Source: Verrucomicrobiota bacterium
GTDB lineage: Bacteria; Verrucomicrobiota; Verrucomicrobiia; Limisphaerales; AAA164-E04
Direction: 5' to 3'
NCBI GenBank assembly: GCA_047947115.1
Contig: CP170459.1
Location: forward strand, 3,904,001 to 3,968,000
Length of the DNA stretch: 64,000 nucleotides
The notes beneath the pieces are model-generated. The model saw only the letters and a program-made list of their open reading frames with translations. It ran no database searches and had not been told where the DNA came from. Each line of letters opens with the position of its first letter. Position 1 is the stretch's first letter. The translations under genes and the position numbers were made by a program. This document shows positions 46,947 to 56,679 of the stretch, piece by piece.

Positions 46947-48404
46947 ATGAGAATCATGCAAGCCAGCGGGGAGTGCTTTCCCTATTCGAAAACGGGAGGA
47001 CTCGCCGATATGGTGGGAGCCCTGTCCAAAGCACTTGCAGCCAAAGGGAATGAAGTTCAGCTGGTGACGCCTCTGTATCGCGGGATTCTCGAGAAGTATC
47101 CGGATATCAGGCCTCTGGAATGGGACCTTGATTTGTCGCTGGGCGATCGGACGGTATCAGGCAGTGTTTATTGCCTGGATCCGGTTAAAAACCTGACCAT
47201 TTATTTCATCGATCAACCTGATTTTTTTCATCGACCGGGTATTTATGGGGAAAAAAGCGAGGATTACTCGGATAACGCAGAGCGGTATATGTTCTTTTCA
47301 AAGGCAGTGGTGAATCTGGCAAGATATCTTCCGGAGCCTCCTGACATCCTTCATGCCCATGACTGGCAGGCCGGGATGGTGCCTGTTTATGTTCAACACG
47401 AACATTTTCGTGGAGGATGGCACCCTGCTCCAAAGACCTGTTTCACCATCCATAACCTGGCCTACCAGGGGAATTTCCCTTCAACGGCCTTTGAATTGGC
47501 GAACTTGCCAGGTGATTACTTTTCTCCCCATGGTGTGGAATTCTATGGGCAACTGAGCTTTCTAAAGTCTGGACTTGTTTTCGCGGATCATCTGACGACC
47601 GTCAGCCCTCGTTATGCAAGGGAAATACTGACGGAAGAATATGCCTGCGGGATGGCTGGTGTAATCCAGGCGCGTGCGAAGCAGTTGACGGGTATTCTGA
47701 ACGGTGTTGATTATGAAGACTGGAATACCACGTCGAATCCTCATCTGGATTATCCCTATGATGCTGCGCATTTGGACGGCAAGGATCGCCAAAAGAAGAA
47801 GTTGTTGAAGCAAATGGGATTGCCATCCAACCGAAAAGCTCCGCTGCTGGGAGTGGTGGGGCGGTTGGTGGATCAGAAGGGTGGGGATTTGTTGTTGCCC
47901 GCTCTGCATGCCACGCTGGATCTGGGATATCAGTTTGTGCTGCTTGGAAGTGGTATGCCACACTATGAAGAAGGGTTTCAGCGTCTCGCCAAGGATTATC
48001 CGAAACAAGTCGCTGTCCAAATAGGGTATGACAATGCCTTGGCACACAAAATAGAGGCTGCCTCTGATTTTTTTCTCATGCCTTCCAAGTTTGAACCTTG
48101 CGGTTTGAACCAATTATACAGCCTTAAATATGGAACTATTCCGGTCGTGCGAGCAGTCGGCGGACTGGATGATTCGGTGGTTGGATTGGAAGAAGATCCT
48201 GCCAGTGCAGATGGTATCAAATTCAGCGAATACGGGGTCACCGCCCTTGAGAGCGCCATCCGCAAGGCGGTTGAAGTTTACCAGGATACTGTTTTGTTCA
48301 ATCAGCTCAGACAAAACGGCATGGCCAAAGATTTTTCCTGGGAACGTACCTCCGAGGAATACATGACTTTTTACCAAGGATTGCTGAATCCACAGCGCCA
48401 GTGA
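46947..48404 (+). CDS. glgA: Glycogen synthase
   Basis: PYSKTGGLAD, HAHDWQ, TIHNLAYQG, TTVSPRYA, GILNGVD, RLVDQKG, MPSKFEPCGLNQ. Confidence 0.96.
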   Translation: MRIMQASGECFPYSKTGGLADMVGALSKALAAKGNEVQLVTPLYRGILEKYPDIRPLEWDLDLSLGDRTVSGSVYCLDPVKNLTIYFIDQPDFFHRPGIYGEKSEDYSDNAERYMFFSKAVVNLARYLPEPPDILHAHDWQAGMVPVYVQHEHFRGGWHPAPKTCFTIHNLAYQGNFPSTAFELANLPGDYFSPHGVEFYGQLSFLKSGLVFADHLTTVSPRYAREILTEEYACGMAGVIQARAKQLTGILNGVDYEDWNTTSNPHLDYPYDAAHLDGKDRQKKKLLKQMGLPSNRKAPLLGVVGRLVDQKGGDLLLPALHATLDLGYQFVLLGSGMPHYEEGFQRLAKDYPKQVAVQIGYDNALAHKIEAASDFFLMPSKFEPCGLNQLYSLKYGTIPVVRAVGGLDDSVVGLEEDPASADGIKFSEYGVTALESAIRKAVEVYQDTVLFNQLRQNGMAKDFSWERTSEEYMTFYQGLLNPQRQ

Positions 48405-48444
48405 TGGGGCTAATCACACGCAGCGCCAAAGGTTGGGAACAGTC

Positions 48445-49038
48445 CTAGATGTTCTGCTCCTCAACTTGTGCCGGGGCAGGGGGTGGGACCTTGTGATCCA
48501 ATTGGGGAGGGGGTTGCATTCCTGGTAATGGCCCGCCTTCCGGGCCTTGATCGGGGCCTCTTAACGGTGGATGAGGACCGTCCCCTCTGGGGCGTTGGTG
48601 GTTCGGATCCTGACCGCGATTTCCGCGTCCACGTCCTGGGCCGCCAAAACCGCCCCTTCCTCCCTGACGACGCCTTTCCATGATACTTTCAAATTGGTTT
48701 TTTTGTTCGTCGGTAAGCAGCTCCTTGATTTCGCCGTTCACTCGTGAGAACTCTTCGCGAATGGGGTCCTGCATTTCCTTCATCAGAACGTCCATGCGTT
48801 CCTGGCCTGTTTGCAATATCTGCGTGATATTCGTTCGCTGCTGATCAGAAAGATTGAGTTCATTTCCAAAGCGTTGAATAAAATCATGCATCCGAGGCCC
48901 TCGCGGAGAGGAAGGATCCCGCCGGGTTTCCCCATTGCGACGGGGTGATTCGCGCAAATCAGTCAAATAGGTTCCAGTGACAAGTCCGGCAATATAAATG
49001 ACCAGAGTCGCGACGATGATTTTCCAAGAAGTAACCAT
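48445..49038 (-). CDS. Spy/CpxP-like periplasmic helical protein with Gly/Pro tail
   Basis: TM/signal segment; ELNLSDQQR and LLTDEQKNQF (LTxxQ-like) motifs. Confidence 0.65.
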   Translation of the reverse strand: MVTSWKIIVATLVIYIAGLVTGTYLTDLRESPRRNGETRRDPSSPRGPRMHDFIQRFGNELNLSDQQRTNITQILQTGQERMDVLMKEMQDPIREEFSRVNGEIKELLTDEQKNQFESIMERRRQGGRGGFGGPGRGRGNRGQDPNHQRPRGDGPHPPLRGPDQGPEGGPLPGMQPPPQLDHKVPPPAPAQVEEQNI

Positions 49039-49039
49039 C

Positions 49040-49351
49040 TTACCAAGTTTCTTCCAATGCTTGAAGCGGTTGCGTCATAGTCAGTTCCAACTCCACGGCC
49101 AGTGAATTTTCAGACGTACTTTCCGCAGAGGTCGACAGGGTCGCCCAGGTGGTGATCAGGAGCATGACGGCAACACAAGGAACGGCGGCTTTCCACAGCC
49201 CCAAGGCCCAGAGCGTGACGTTGTCAACGGGCTTCATCTGACGCAAATGCGCCATGACACGCTTTTCGAAGGCATAGGGGACCTGCTCTTCCTCCGGCAG
49301 CCGACGTGCGGCTCGGATAAGTCGATCATACATGTCTCTTCGTTTTTTCAT
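49040..49351 (-). CDS. Putative membrane anti-sigma factor
   Basis: Directly downstream of the ECF sigma; VPYAFEKRVMAHL followed by one TM helix. Confidence 0.6.
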   Translation of the reverse strand: MKKRRDMYDRLIRAARRLPEEEQVPYAFEKRVMAHLRQMKPVDNVTLWALGLWKAAVPCVAVMLLITTWATLSTSAESTSENSLAVELELTMTQPLQALEETW

Positions 49352-49405
49352 TTTCTTTCGGGTGTTAGATTTGTTTGAGTTGAAAATAATCCCTCGGTTC
49401 GGTCC

Positions 49406-49984
49406 TTATAAATATTGCTCCTGGTTCATATTCTCCAGTATCTTGCGCATTTCTTTGCGGGCCCTGAAAGCCCTTACTTTCACCAAGGATAAAGACCATC
49501 CGGTCAGTTTTGCAATTTCTTTGACGGATCGACCTTCGATGTCCAACAGTGTGATCACCATCCTGGCGGCCGGACTCAGCTGTTCCATAAGATCGTGTAC
49601 CAGCTGGGCAACGGCTTCCTGATTTTCCCGATCCGGATGCTCGCTTTCTCCAAACACATCCAACAAATCAAATTCATCCTGGGTCACATCCGAGAAATTA
49701 CTGATTTTGTTGCGTTGATGGCTTCGAAGGTAGTCGTAACAGGTGCGAACACTGATTGTCATGATCCAGTGCTCAAACGGTGCCTCACTGCGATATGTAC
49801 TCAGTTTTTTGTATGCCTTGATGAAAATTTCCTGAACGATGTCCTCCACCTCACTGTCTCGGCGGGCATACTTGCGGGCCGTTGCGAATACACGTGCTTG
49901 ATACTTCGCAATCAACTGCTCAAACGCTCCGGTGTCCCCAGCGAGGACTTCCTGAATGATATCCTGCTCTTCCGAGCGATCCAT
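49406..49984 (-). CDS. ECF-type RNA polymerase sigma factor
   Basis: GDTGAFEQL, EDIVQEIFIKAY, FEHWI, EGRSVKEIA..VKVRAFRAR. ATG at 49984. Confidence 0.93.
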   Translation of the reverse strand: MDRSEEQDIIQEVLAGDTGAFEQLIAKYQARVFATARKYARRDSEVEDIVQEIFIKAYKKLSTYRSEAPFEHWIMTISVRTCYDYLRSHQRNKISNFSDVTQDEFDLLDVFGESEHPDRENQEAVAQLVHDLMEQLSPAARMVITLLDIEGRSVKEIAKLTGWSLSLVKVRAFRARKEMRKILENMNQEQYL

Positions 49985-50138
49985 GGGGGTATTCTGGATC
50001 AAACCCACAAGGAAGCCTTTCGATAAAAATATGTTCTCAGCAACCAACACACCGCGCCTTTTTCAAAACATTTCGCATCAACATGAAGTCGGTACCCTTT
50101 CCTGGTCATGGCACCCATGTTTCTCCATTCCTTCAACC

Positions 50139-50166
50139 AGACGAGTGTTCCGGCAAGGTGGTTACA
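50139..50166 (-). promoter_or_regulatory. Candidate ECF autoregulatory promoter
   Basis: Minus strand TGTAAC-N17-CGTCT upstream of the ECF sigma gene. Confidence 0.55.
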
Positions 50167-50183
50167 CGAAGAGTTCAGAAACT

Positions 50184-53100
50184 TCACCGGCCTTCACCCA
50201 ATGTTTCGTAGTAACTGCGAACCAGATCTGAAAACTGCTGAGGCACTGGATCTCGATCGATGGGAACGACGGCTTCTTTTGATAATCGTTTTGACAGTTC
50301 GTTGTTGATCCGTTTGCGCACCTCGTAGAGAGGTTTTTCGATTTCCATCTGAACCAGATCCCATTTGGGCTCCTTGCCTTCGTTACGCATTTCACGTCGA
50401 ACGGCTTGTGCCCGGTCCCGGATGGATGCGATTTCGTTTTGTAGTTCCGGTACATCCACCATTTCTTCGACTTCGCGCAGTTGATCCGACCATTCACGAA
50501 ATCCATCACCTGTGAGAGGAGCTTGGGGGTTGGATGTGGTGGATCCGCCACCGCTTCCATTACCGTTACCGCCATTCTGGTTCATCCAGGATTGAGCGAG
50601 GGAGCTTTGCCCTTGGCCGTTACCTTCTCTCAAACCTTGTCGCTGAGGTGTAGGTTCGCCACCTTCACCACCACCTTGCCCCTGACCTTGTCCAGCTCCG
50701 GAACCTTGTCCCTGACCGGATTCATTTTGAGCAAGCTGTTCATTTTCACCGGCGTTTTGTCCTTGTCCCTGACCTTGTCCTGGGGTTTGTGAGTCACCTG
50801 AGCCTTGGCCCGGTTGATTGCCTTGCCCTTGAGCGAGCGCCGTTGGATCCTGGTTTTCCTGAGGTTCAGCAGATGATCCCTGACCTTCGCCGGGGGTGGT
50901 TTCTGAACCCTGGCCTTCTCCAGGTTGCCGGCCTGATTGGTTGCCGGTTGCCTGGGCAATTTCCTGATTCAAGTCTTCGGATAGTTCTTCAAGCAGGTTG
51001 CGTGCACGGCGTAATCCCTCGATACCGTCTCCCAGAATACTTTGCGCTGCTCGATCGATACGTTCTTCCAAGGATTCAATTTCGGGGTGAATCCGCTGTT
51101 CCAGCTCTGCCGCCCGGTCCAGCATGTTCAGGCGAGATAACTGCTGTGTCATTTCCAGCATTTCCTCCAACTGTTCCTGATCGGTCATGCGATAGGTTTC
51201 GCTCAACTGCTGGGAGAGCAGGGGTTCGGCGTCCTCAGATTCATCACTCAAACGCCTGATTTCTTCCATGATCCGAGACAATTCCTTCTTCTGTTCTTCA
51301 CTCATGTCCATGGCTTCCTGAGCCTGTGAAGAAGAGCCCAGTGATTGGCGCTGGCTGGTTCCTTGAGCCTGTGAGAGTTGTTGTTGCAATTCGTCCTGAC
51401 GTTCACTCATTTCCCGAGCGCGCTGACGAAGTTCCTTCATGGCATCCGAGAACTGGCTGGAATTACGTTGCCTGAATTCATCCCGCATCTCTTCCAGACC
51501 TTCCTGTGCTCGCGAACCGGCTGCAAGTGCGTCCGAAATTTCCTGTTGCTCAATGGATTCAGCGGCGCGTTGAGCCTGCTCGCGGATCTGATCGAGTTGT
51601 TGCATGGATTCAGCACTTTCAGGGGTCTGGTTTTCGGCCAGTCGCTGGTTCAATTCATCCATGTCTTCCAGCATTCTGCGCTGCTCATCTCTCAAGCGTT
51701 TGAGTTCGCGTTCGATTTCTTCACGCTCTTCTTCGGAATCGGCAGCATTCAGAGCAGTCTGCAACTCCTGCAATCTCTCATTCAGATCCTCCTGTCGCCG
51801 GGCCAGTTCCTTGAGCCGATTCAGATTTTGCAGGGCCTCATTCTGCTGCTCATCCTGCATGCCCTGGGCCTGGCTTTGGGTCTCATAGCGGCTTTGCTCT
51901 TCGGTCAGTTCCAGTTGATTCAGTTGTTGTTGAGAACGTCCACCACCACCGCCTCCGCCACCCCCTCCTTCAGTGACATCGGATTCGTCGGGTTGGGCTT
52001 TGAGGATCAGTTGATATGCCTTTTGTTCTTGCACCAAGGCCGTTGTCAGAGCAGGGATGGAGCGGTCATGTACCGCGTCATAGAGTGAGTCGGCAGCTGC
52101 TTCCATGGCTTCCTTGGCCTCCGTGAGCAATTCAACAGACTTGGGATCGTTCATTCGTTGCATCACGGTTTCCGCCTGAGTGACAGCTTCCTCCTGTGAG
52201 GTTAAAACAACTTCCAGATCCTCTTTGCCTTTTTCGGAAACAGCACTTCCTGACTGAGTTCTCCTAATGTTCCAGGAGGCGCTGATGATTTCTTTTTGGA
52301 GCTCTGCCAATTGCATGGCTGGGTTGCCCTGCTGCTGGCCCTGTTGCTGCTGCTGTTGTTGCTGGCCGTTCGGTTGGCCTTGGCGGAATATTTCTTCAAA
52401 TGGTCGAATCTCCCCGAAAAACATATCCGAATAAGCACGCCTCACTGATCCGTCCGGACCAATATCTTCGGCCCAAAGGTAGTAGGAAATCAGATCCCCG
52501 GGTTCCATGGACAGGTCTTCCAGAAGGAGAAGATGGGCCAGGTTGATTTTTTTCTTGGCGGGAGCTTCGTCACCGAGTTGGAGATCAACTTGCTCCTGAC
52601 CGCTGACTTGATAACCTATTCCGTGGGCTTTCAAGCCAAAATCATCCCATGTTTCACCTTCAAGCGCGACTTCTTCCAGTGCCGAAAATCGCTGGTCTCC
52701 CGCAGGGAATTTGAATTTCAGATTCGGGGGTTGATTGGTCAATACGCGCAACATAATTAGGGAAGGCGTCTTGTTGCTTCTACCATCGGCGTCTTGCAGG
52801 TTTAACTCATATCGCGTGGAATTCACCAGTACCGAAGAAAGGGTGTATACGTTGGAGCGAGTGGTATCCGCGATTAAGGAAATGAGCTCACCGTCTCGGT
52901 CCGTCAAGGTGGCGGAAGTGACCGGTTTGTTCAGATGAAACTCATAATTCAGCTTGGTTCCCTCTATAGCGGATACCCGCAATGTGTCTTTGATGGTCCG
53001 GTCTTCCTCGCCGGTATAATCGGGATAGTTCAGATGGGCATCGGCCTGTTGCAGTGCCGGATATTCGAATACCGAGAGTTTGTATGTTTCGGATTCTTTG

Positions 53101-53867
53101 CCGTCAAACTCCACGTAATAAGCCGTATCTGCATCCACGGACAGCAGGCTAGCCCCAAACAAGGGATCATCCATGCTTTTGTTCATGGTCATTTTTTTCG
53201 TCTGCCCATTGGATGGCATGATCACCAGGTTGACCTGGGTGGGAACTTTATTGCCAAAACGAGCTGTGATGACGACAGCTCCACCTCGCTCCATTTCCTG
53301 ATTGCCGGGTTCGACTTTTAATTCTCCCTTGAAAGCGGTAATGGCTGCACCCTGAGATGCCTTCTCAGGAGCCTGTTTTGTGAGGAGAAATGCGGCAAAT
53401 CCAACAACCAGCAAACTGGCAAACCTGACGATTCCTGTCATGAATACCTGTATATGGATGGGGTGATCCCAAGGTTCCTTGAGGTTGTTTTCCAAGGCTT
53501 CCCGGATGACACGTGTCTGCAGGATATGGTAATCGCCAGATGCCGGGTCAGGTTCCTGATCCAGTGCCGTGATCAAAGCCGCCTGCAATTTGGGATGTTC
53601 CTGCTCAATTTTTCGTGCGACGGAACGTACAGACTCCTTGCTGAGCTGGTGACGAATCCAAATATAAAGCGTGCAGACAACCCAAAGACCAAGGTAAAAG
53701 GGTAAAGCCAGATCATGTTGCCATCCAAAGGAATTTCTGCCCCAGGCATATAAAAGCCCCACGATGCCGAGCACAGTCCAAAGGATTGTTGTCTTTTTTC
53801 TTAACTGTTGCTGCCAATAGCCTTTGACGGCTGGCTCCAACGCGGCATTGATAATGTCGTTCGGCAT
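50184..53867 (-). CDS. Large membrane-anchored coiled-coil protein (DUF4175-like)
   Basis: Three N-terminal TM helices, Ig-like region (YPDYTG, DDFGL, YYLWAED, IRPFEEIFR), long coiled coil, G/Q-rich linker, IDRDPVP..YYE C-terminus. Confidence 0.75.
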   Translation of the reverse strand: MPNDIINAALEPAVKGYWQQQLRKKTTILWTVLGIVGLLYAWGRNSFGWQHDLALPFYLGLWVVCTLYIWIRHQLSKESVRSVARKIEQEHPKLQAALITALDQEPDPASGDYHILQTRVIREALENNLKEPWDHPIHIQVFMTGIVRFASLLVVGFAAFLLTKQAPEKASQGAAITAFKGELKVEPGNQEMERGGAVVITARFGNKVPTQVNLVIMPSNGQTKKMTMNKSMDDPLFGASLLSVDADTAYYVEFDGKESETYKLSVFEYPALQQADAHLNYPDYTGEEDRTIKDTLRVSAIEGTKLNYEFHLNKPVTSATLTDRDGELISLIADTTRSNVYTLSSVLVNSTRYELNLQDADGRSNKTPSLIMLRVLTNQPPNLKFKFPAGDQRFSALEEVALEGETWDDFGLKAHGIGYQVSGQEQVDLQLGDEAPAKKKINLAHLLLLEDLSMEPGDLISYYLWAEDIGPDGSVRRAYSDMFFGEIRPFEEIFRQGQPNGQQQQQQQQGQQQGNPAMQLAELQKEIISASWNIRRTQSGSAVSEKGKEDLEVVLTSQEEAVTQAETVMQRMNDPKSVELLTEAKEAMEAAADSLYDAVHDRSIPALTTALVQEQKAYQLILKAQPDESDVTEGGGGGGGGGGRSQQQLNQLELTEEQSRYETQSQAQGMQDEQQNEALQNLNRLKELARRQEDLNERLQELQTALNAADSEEEREEIERELKRLRDEQRRMLEDMDELNQRLAENQTPESAESMQQLDQIREQAQRAAESIEQQEISDALAAGSRAQEGLEEMRDEFRQRNSSQFSDAMKELRQRAREMSERQDELQQQLSQAQGTSQRQSLGSSSQAQEAMDMSEEQKKELSRIMEEIRRLSDESEDAEPLLSQQLSETYRMTDQEQLEEMLEMTQQLSRLNMLDRAAELEQRIHPEIESLEERIDRAAQSILGDGIEGLRRARNLLEELSEDLNQEIAQATGNQSGRQPGEGQGSETTPGEGQGSSAEPQENQDPTALAQGQGNQPGQGSGDSQTPGQGQGQGQNAGENEQLAQNESGQGQGSGAGQGQGQGGGEGGEPTPQRQGLREGNGQGQSSLAQSWMNQNGGNGNGSGGGSTTSNPQAPLTGDGFREWSDQLREVEEMVDVPELQNEIASIRDRAQAVRREMRNEGKEPKWDLVQMEIEKPLYEVRKRINNELSKRLSKEAVVPIDRDPVPQQFSDLVRSYYETLGEGR

Positions 53868-54057
53868 ATACTTGTCCGATTGCAGGTTCGGGTTCCCATT
53901 GCTGATCAGCAATCCACTTATCCATTAAGATCACTTGAAGGGAGTCGCTGACAGGCCATGATGCCCGAACAGTCTACGAAATTTCCTGGAAAATGCCCAT
54001 CTTGTTGATCTTCCTTACTTTTTACATTGAACCATGGAAAAAGCAAACGGTTTAAAA

Positions 54058-55209
54058 TCAAAATGACGACCAGCATTCCTGTGCTGGAGGACGGTAACGA
54101 ACACCAGGAACCCCCTGGATGTCATGCCACGGCATCTCATGCGCCTCCCCGACGGCTTTGCAGGTGATGGCGCCGTTCCTGACATTGATGCCGGATGTCA
54201 GGGAAGGATTGATGCTGCAGGCCCCGGCAAGTCCGTTGTCGGCTATCAATTGTATGTAGGGAAGAATGATGCTGCTCAACGCTTGCGAGGCTGTGCGGGC
54301 GTAAGCTCCCGGCATGTTGGCAACACAGTAGTGTACGACGCCTTCCTCGGTATAGACTGGATCATGATGTGTGGTGGGTTTGGAAGTCTCGGCGCAACCG
54401 CCTTGATCGATGGCAATGTCCACCAACACACTACCTGGACGCATGCGTTCCAGCATGGATCTCCTGATGAGTTTGGGGGCTTTGGCTCCGGGCACCAGCA
54501 CCGCTCCGACAAGCACATCAACTCGAGGCAGCAATTCCAATAAATGGTCTTCACTCGAATAGAGTGTGTGTGCGGCGCTGAGCGTGATATCGAGAAACCG
54601 CATGCGATCGCGATCGATTTCCATGACGGTCACATCTGCCCCCAATCCGGTTGCCATGCGTGCAGCGTTCATGCCAGCGGTACCTCCACCCAGTATCAGG
54701 ACTCTACCGGGGAGCACCCCCGGAACTCCGCCAAGCAGGATGCCGTTTCCACCCTGGTGTTTTGCCAGAAAATAACCACCAACCAAAACGCTCATGCGCC
54801 CGGCTATTTCACTCATGGGCTCGAGCAGGGGAAGGTGGCCTTTTACGGTGAGCGTTTCGTAAGCAATGGCTGTGGCACCTGATTGGATCAAGGCTTCCGT
54901 CAAATGGCGATTGGCTGCCAAGTGCAGATATGTGAAGAGAATCTGATCCTTCCCCAACAACGCGTATTCGCTGGCTTGAGGTTCCTTGACCTTGACGATG
55001 AGGTCGGCATTGCCGAACACATCATCAGCCGTCTCAGTCATTGTCGCTCCAGCATGCAAGTAGTCATCATCCGAATAACCTGAACCAATACCGGCCGATT
55101 TTTGCACCCAGACTTGATGTCCTCGCCTAACCAGCTGAGCGACGGCCCAAGGCAACATAGCAACGCGGAATTCATCGTCCTTGATTTCTTTTGGCAAGCC
55201 AATTTTCAT
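54058..55209 (-). CDS. ald: Alanine dehydrogenase
   Basis: [63 protein letters not shown]. Confidence 0.96.
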   Translation of the reverse strand: MKIGLPKEIKDDEFRVAMLPWAVAQLVRRGHQVWVQKSAGIGSGYSDDDYLHAGATMTETADDVFGNADLIVKVKEPQASEYALLGKDQILFTYLHLAANRHLTEALIQSGATAIAYETLTVKGHLPLLEPMSEIAGRMSVLVGGYFLAKHQGGNGILLGGVPGVLPGRVLILGGGTAGMNAARMATGLGADVTVMEIDRDRMRFLDITLSAAHTLYSSEDHLLELLPRVDVLVGAVLVPGAKAPKLIRRSMLERMRPGSVLVDIAIDQGGCAETSKPTTHHDPVYTEEGVVHYCVANMPGAYARTASQALSSIILPYIQLIADNGLAGACSINPSLTSGINVRNGAITCKAVGEAHEMPWHDIQGVPGVRYRPPAQECWSSF

Positions 55210-55245
55210 GGCTTCAAGATGCCTCACCTGAACAGAAAATCAAAG

Positions 55246-56679
55246 TCAGGGTGCTTCGCTCTCAGGAACAACTTCGACGCGGGTTTTCAGGGAGGCAATC
55301 ATGTTTGCACTGAAGCCTTCCTCACCCTGCATGATGCGATGCAGCATGTTTTTCAGTAACTCGGCATAGGGGGGCAATGCCAATCTGGCCTCGGCCCGTT
55401 TGACGCGGTCCTGATATCTCTTCCAGGCTAGCTCTGACATGTTGCGGTAACCTAAAGCCTGGTCTTCGTCTCCCAAGGCAAGGTAGTAAAGGAACTGTCG
55501 GATCAATCCATTCACGATCACGCGCGCTTCATTCATATTGGATTTAGCCAGATTGGCCTCAAATCGAGTCAGGGCAAATTCTTCCAGACTGATTCCTTCG
55601 GGGACGGAGTTTGGAAACAGTTTTTTAAGTTCCTGAAACCATTGGACTGCCTCGTTCAGCCGATAGTGCAGATAGTAATAGTAGGTTGCATTCTGCAGGA
55701 ATTCTGTGTGGGCGCGATCTATGGTGCTGTAATAATTGGGATCCTCCTCCTGCTGACGCATCTTTTTGAACATGGCGTGTGTGTAAGGGGCCAGGTCGAG
55801 ATTCGGGGCATATTCCAAAGTTTGGTCGGCCTCGTTTTCAAGGAGACGTCCCCGTTCAAATGCCAGATTCATCGATTGCCAGATAATACGCCGCAAAAAG
55901 TTCAGCCTTCCTTCTGTCGCATGTTCCAGTCCAAGCCAAGCCCAGTAAATGGCATGCGTTTCAGGAAGTCTCCAGTCGAAGCTGCCAAGATTTTCCTGAA
56001 TGACATTCATTCGTTTGACTTCAAGCCCGAAGGTCTCAAGCAATTCATTTCTTTTGGCGACTACATCCGGATGGGTGGAGGTTTCGATGGCGGGCAAGTC
56101 CGGATTATTCCCGAGGATTTTTCGCATTTCACCCGCCCAGCGTGCCTTGTAATAGAGGTGTTGATCATCCAGATTTCCGCCGATTTTATCCTGAAAAATC
56201 CATGCGAGTTCACGATAAATTTCCGATGATTCCGGATTGATGGGGATGGCTTCGTCTCGGAGCAACTGGATTCCGCTTTCAATCCAGCGCCATCTTTCTT
56301 CCGGTTCTTCAAACTGCTTGGAAATATTGTAGACCATGTTCCAGGACTGAAAGGTCCACACTGAGGAAAAGGTGGGTTGCAGTTTGGTGATCCAGTCTGC
56401 CAGGGACAGCGTTTCGAAGAAGCGACCTTCATCCTGCAAACGGGTGGTGCGTGCCCAGAGTGCGTTGGCGATCAATCCGCGGAAACCTCCCAGAGCAACG
56501 CTCGAAAAAGCCAACATGGGTGGAGCGTTTTCCAAAGGTTCCATTCGGGTCAAGCCCAACTCAGAACGACTCGTGTTCATCTTGTTTTGAACCAGGCCGT
56601 TGGAAACAAGTGCCACAACCATGAGCGTCACCAGGATTGCGCGCGACATGAGCTTCTCTCTGGAAAAGTTGAGCTTCAT
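55246..56679 (-). CDS. Membrane-anchored helical-repeat protein associated with ABC permeases
   Basis: TM helix, LGGFRGLIANALW, ITKLQP..VWTFQSWNMVYNIS, RWRWIESGI; 4-bp overlap with the upstream permease. Confidence 0.7.
   Translation of the reverse strand: MKLNFSREKLMSRAILVTLMVVALVSNGLVQNKMNTSRSELGLTRMEPLENAPPMLAFSSVALGGFRGLIANALWARTTRLQDEGRFFETLSLADWITKLQPTFSSVWTFQSWNMVYNISKQFEEPEERWRWIESGIQLLRDEAIPINPESSEIYRELAWIFQDKIGGNLDDQHLYYKARWAGEMRKILGNNPDLPAIETSTHPDVVAKRNELLETFGLEVKRMNVIQENLGSFDWRLPETHAIYWAWLGLEHATEGRLNFLRRIIWQSMNLAFERGRLLENEADQTLEYAPNLDLAPYTHAMFKKMRQQEEDPNYYSTIDRAHTEFLQNATYYYYLHYRLNEAVQWFQELKKLFPNSVPEGISLEEFALTRFEANLAKSNMNEARVIVNGLIRQFLYYLALGDEDQALGYRNMSELAWKRYQDRVKRAEARLALPPYAELLKNMLHRIMQGEEGFSANMIASLKTRVEVVPESEAP

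Noticed and set aside
50500..50960. GGNCAR-type repeats
   Set aside because: Coding low-complexity Gly/Gln linker in the DUF4175-like protein.
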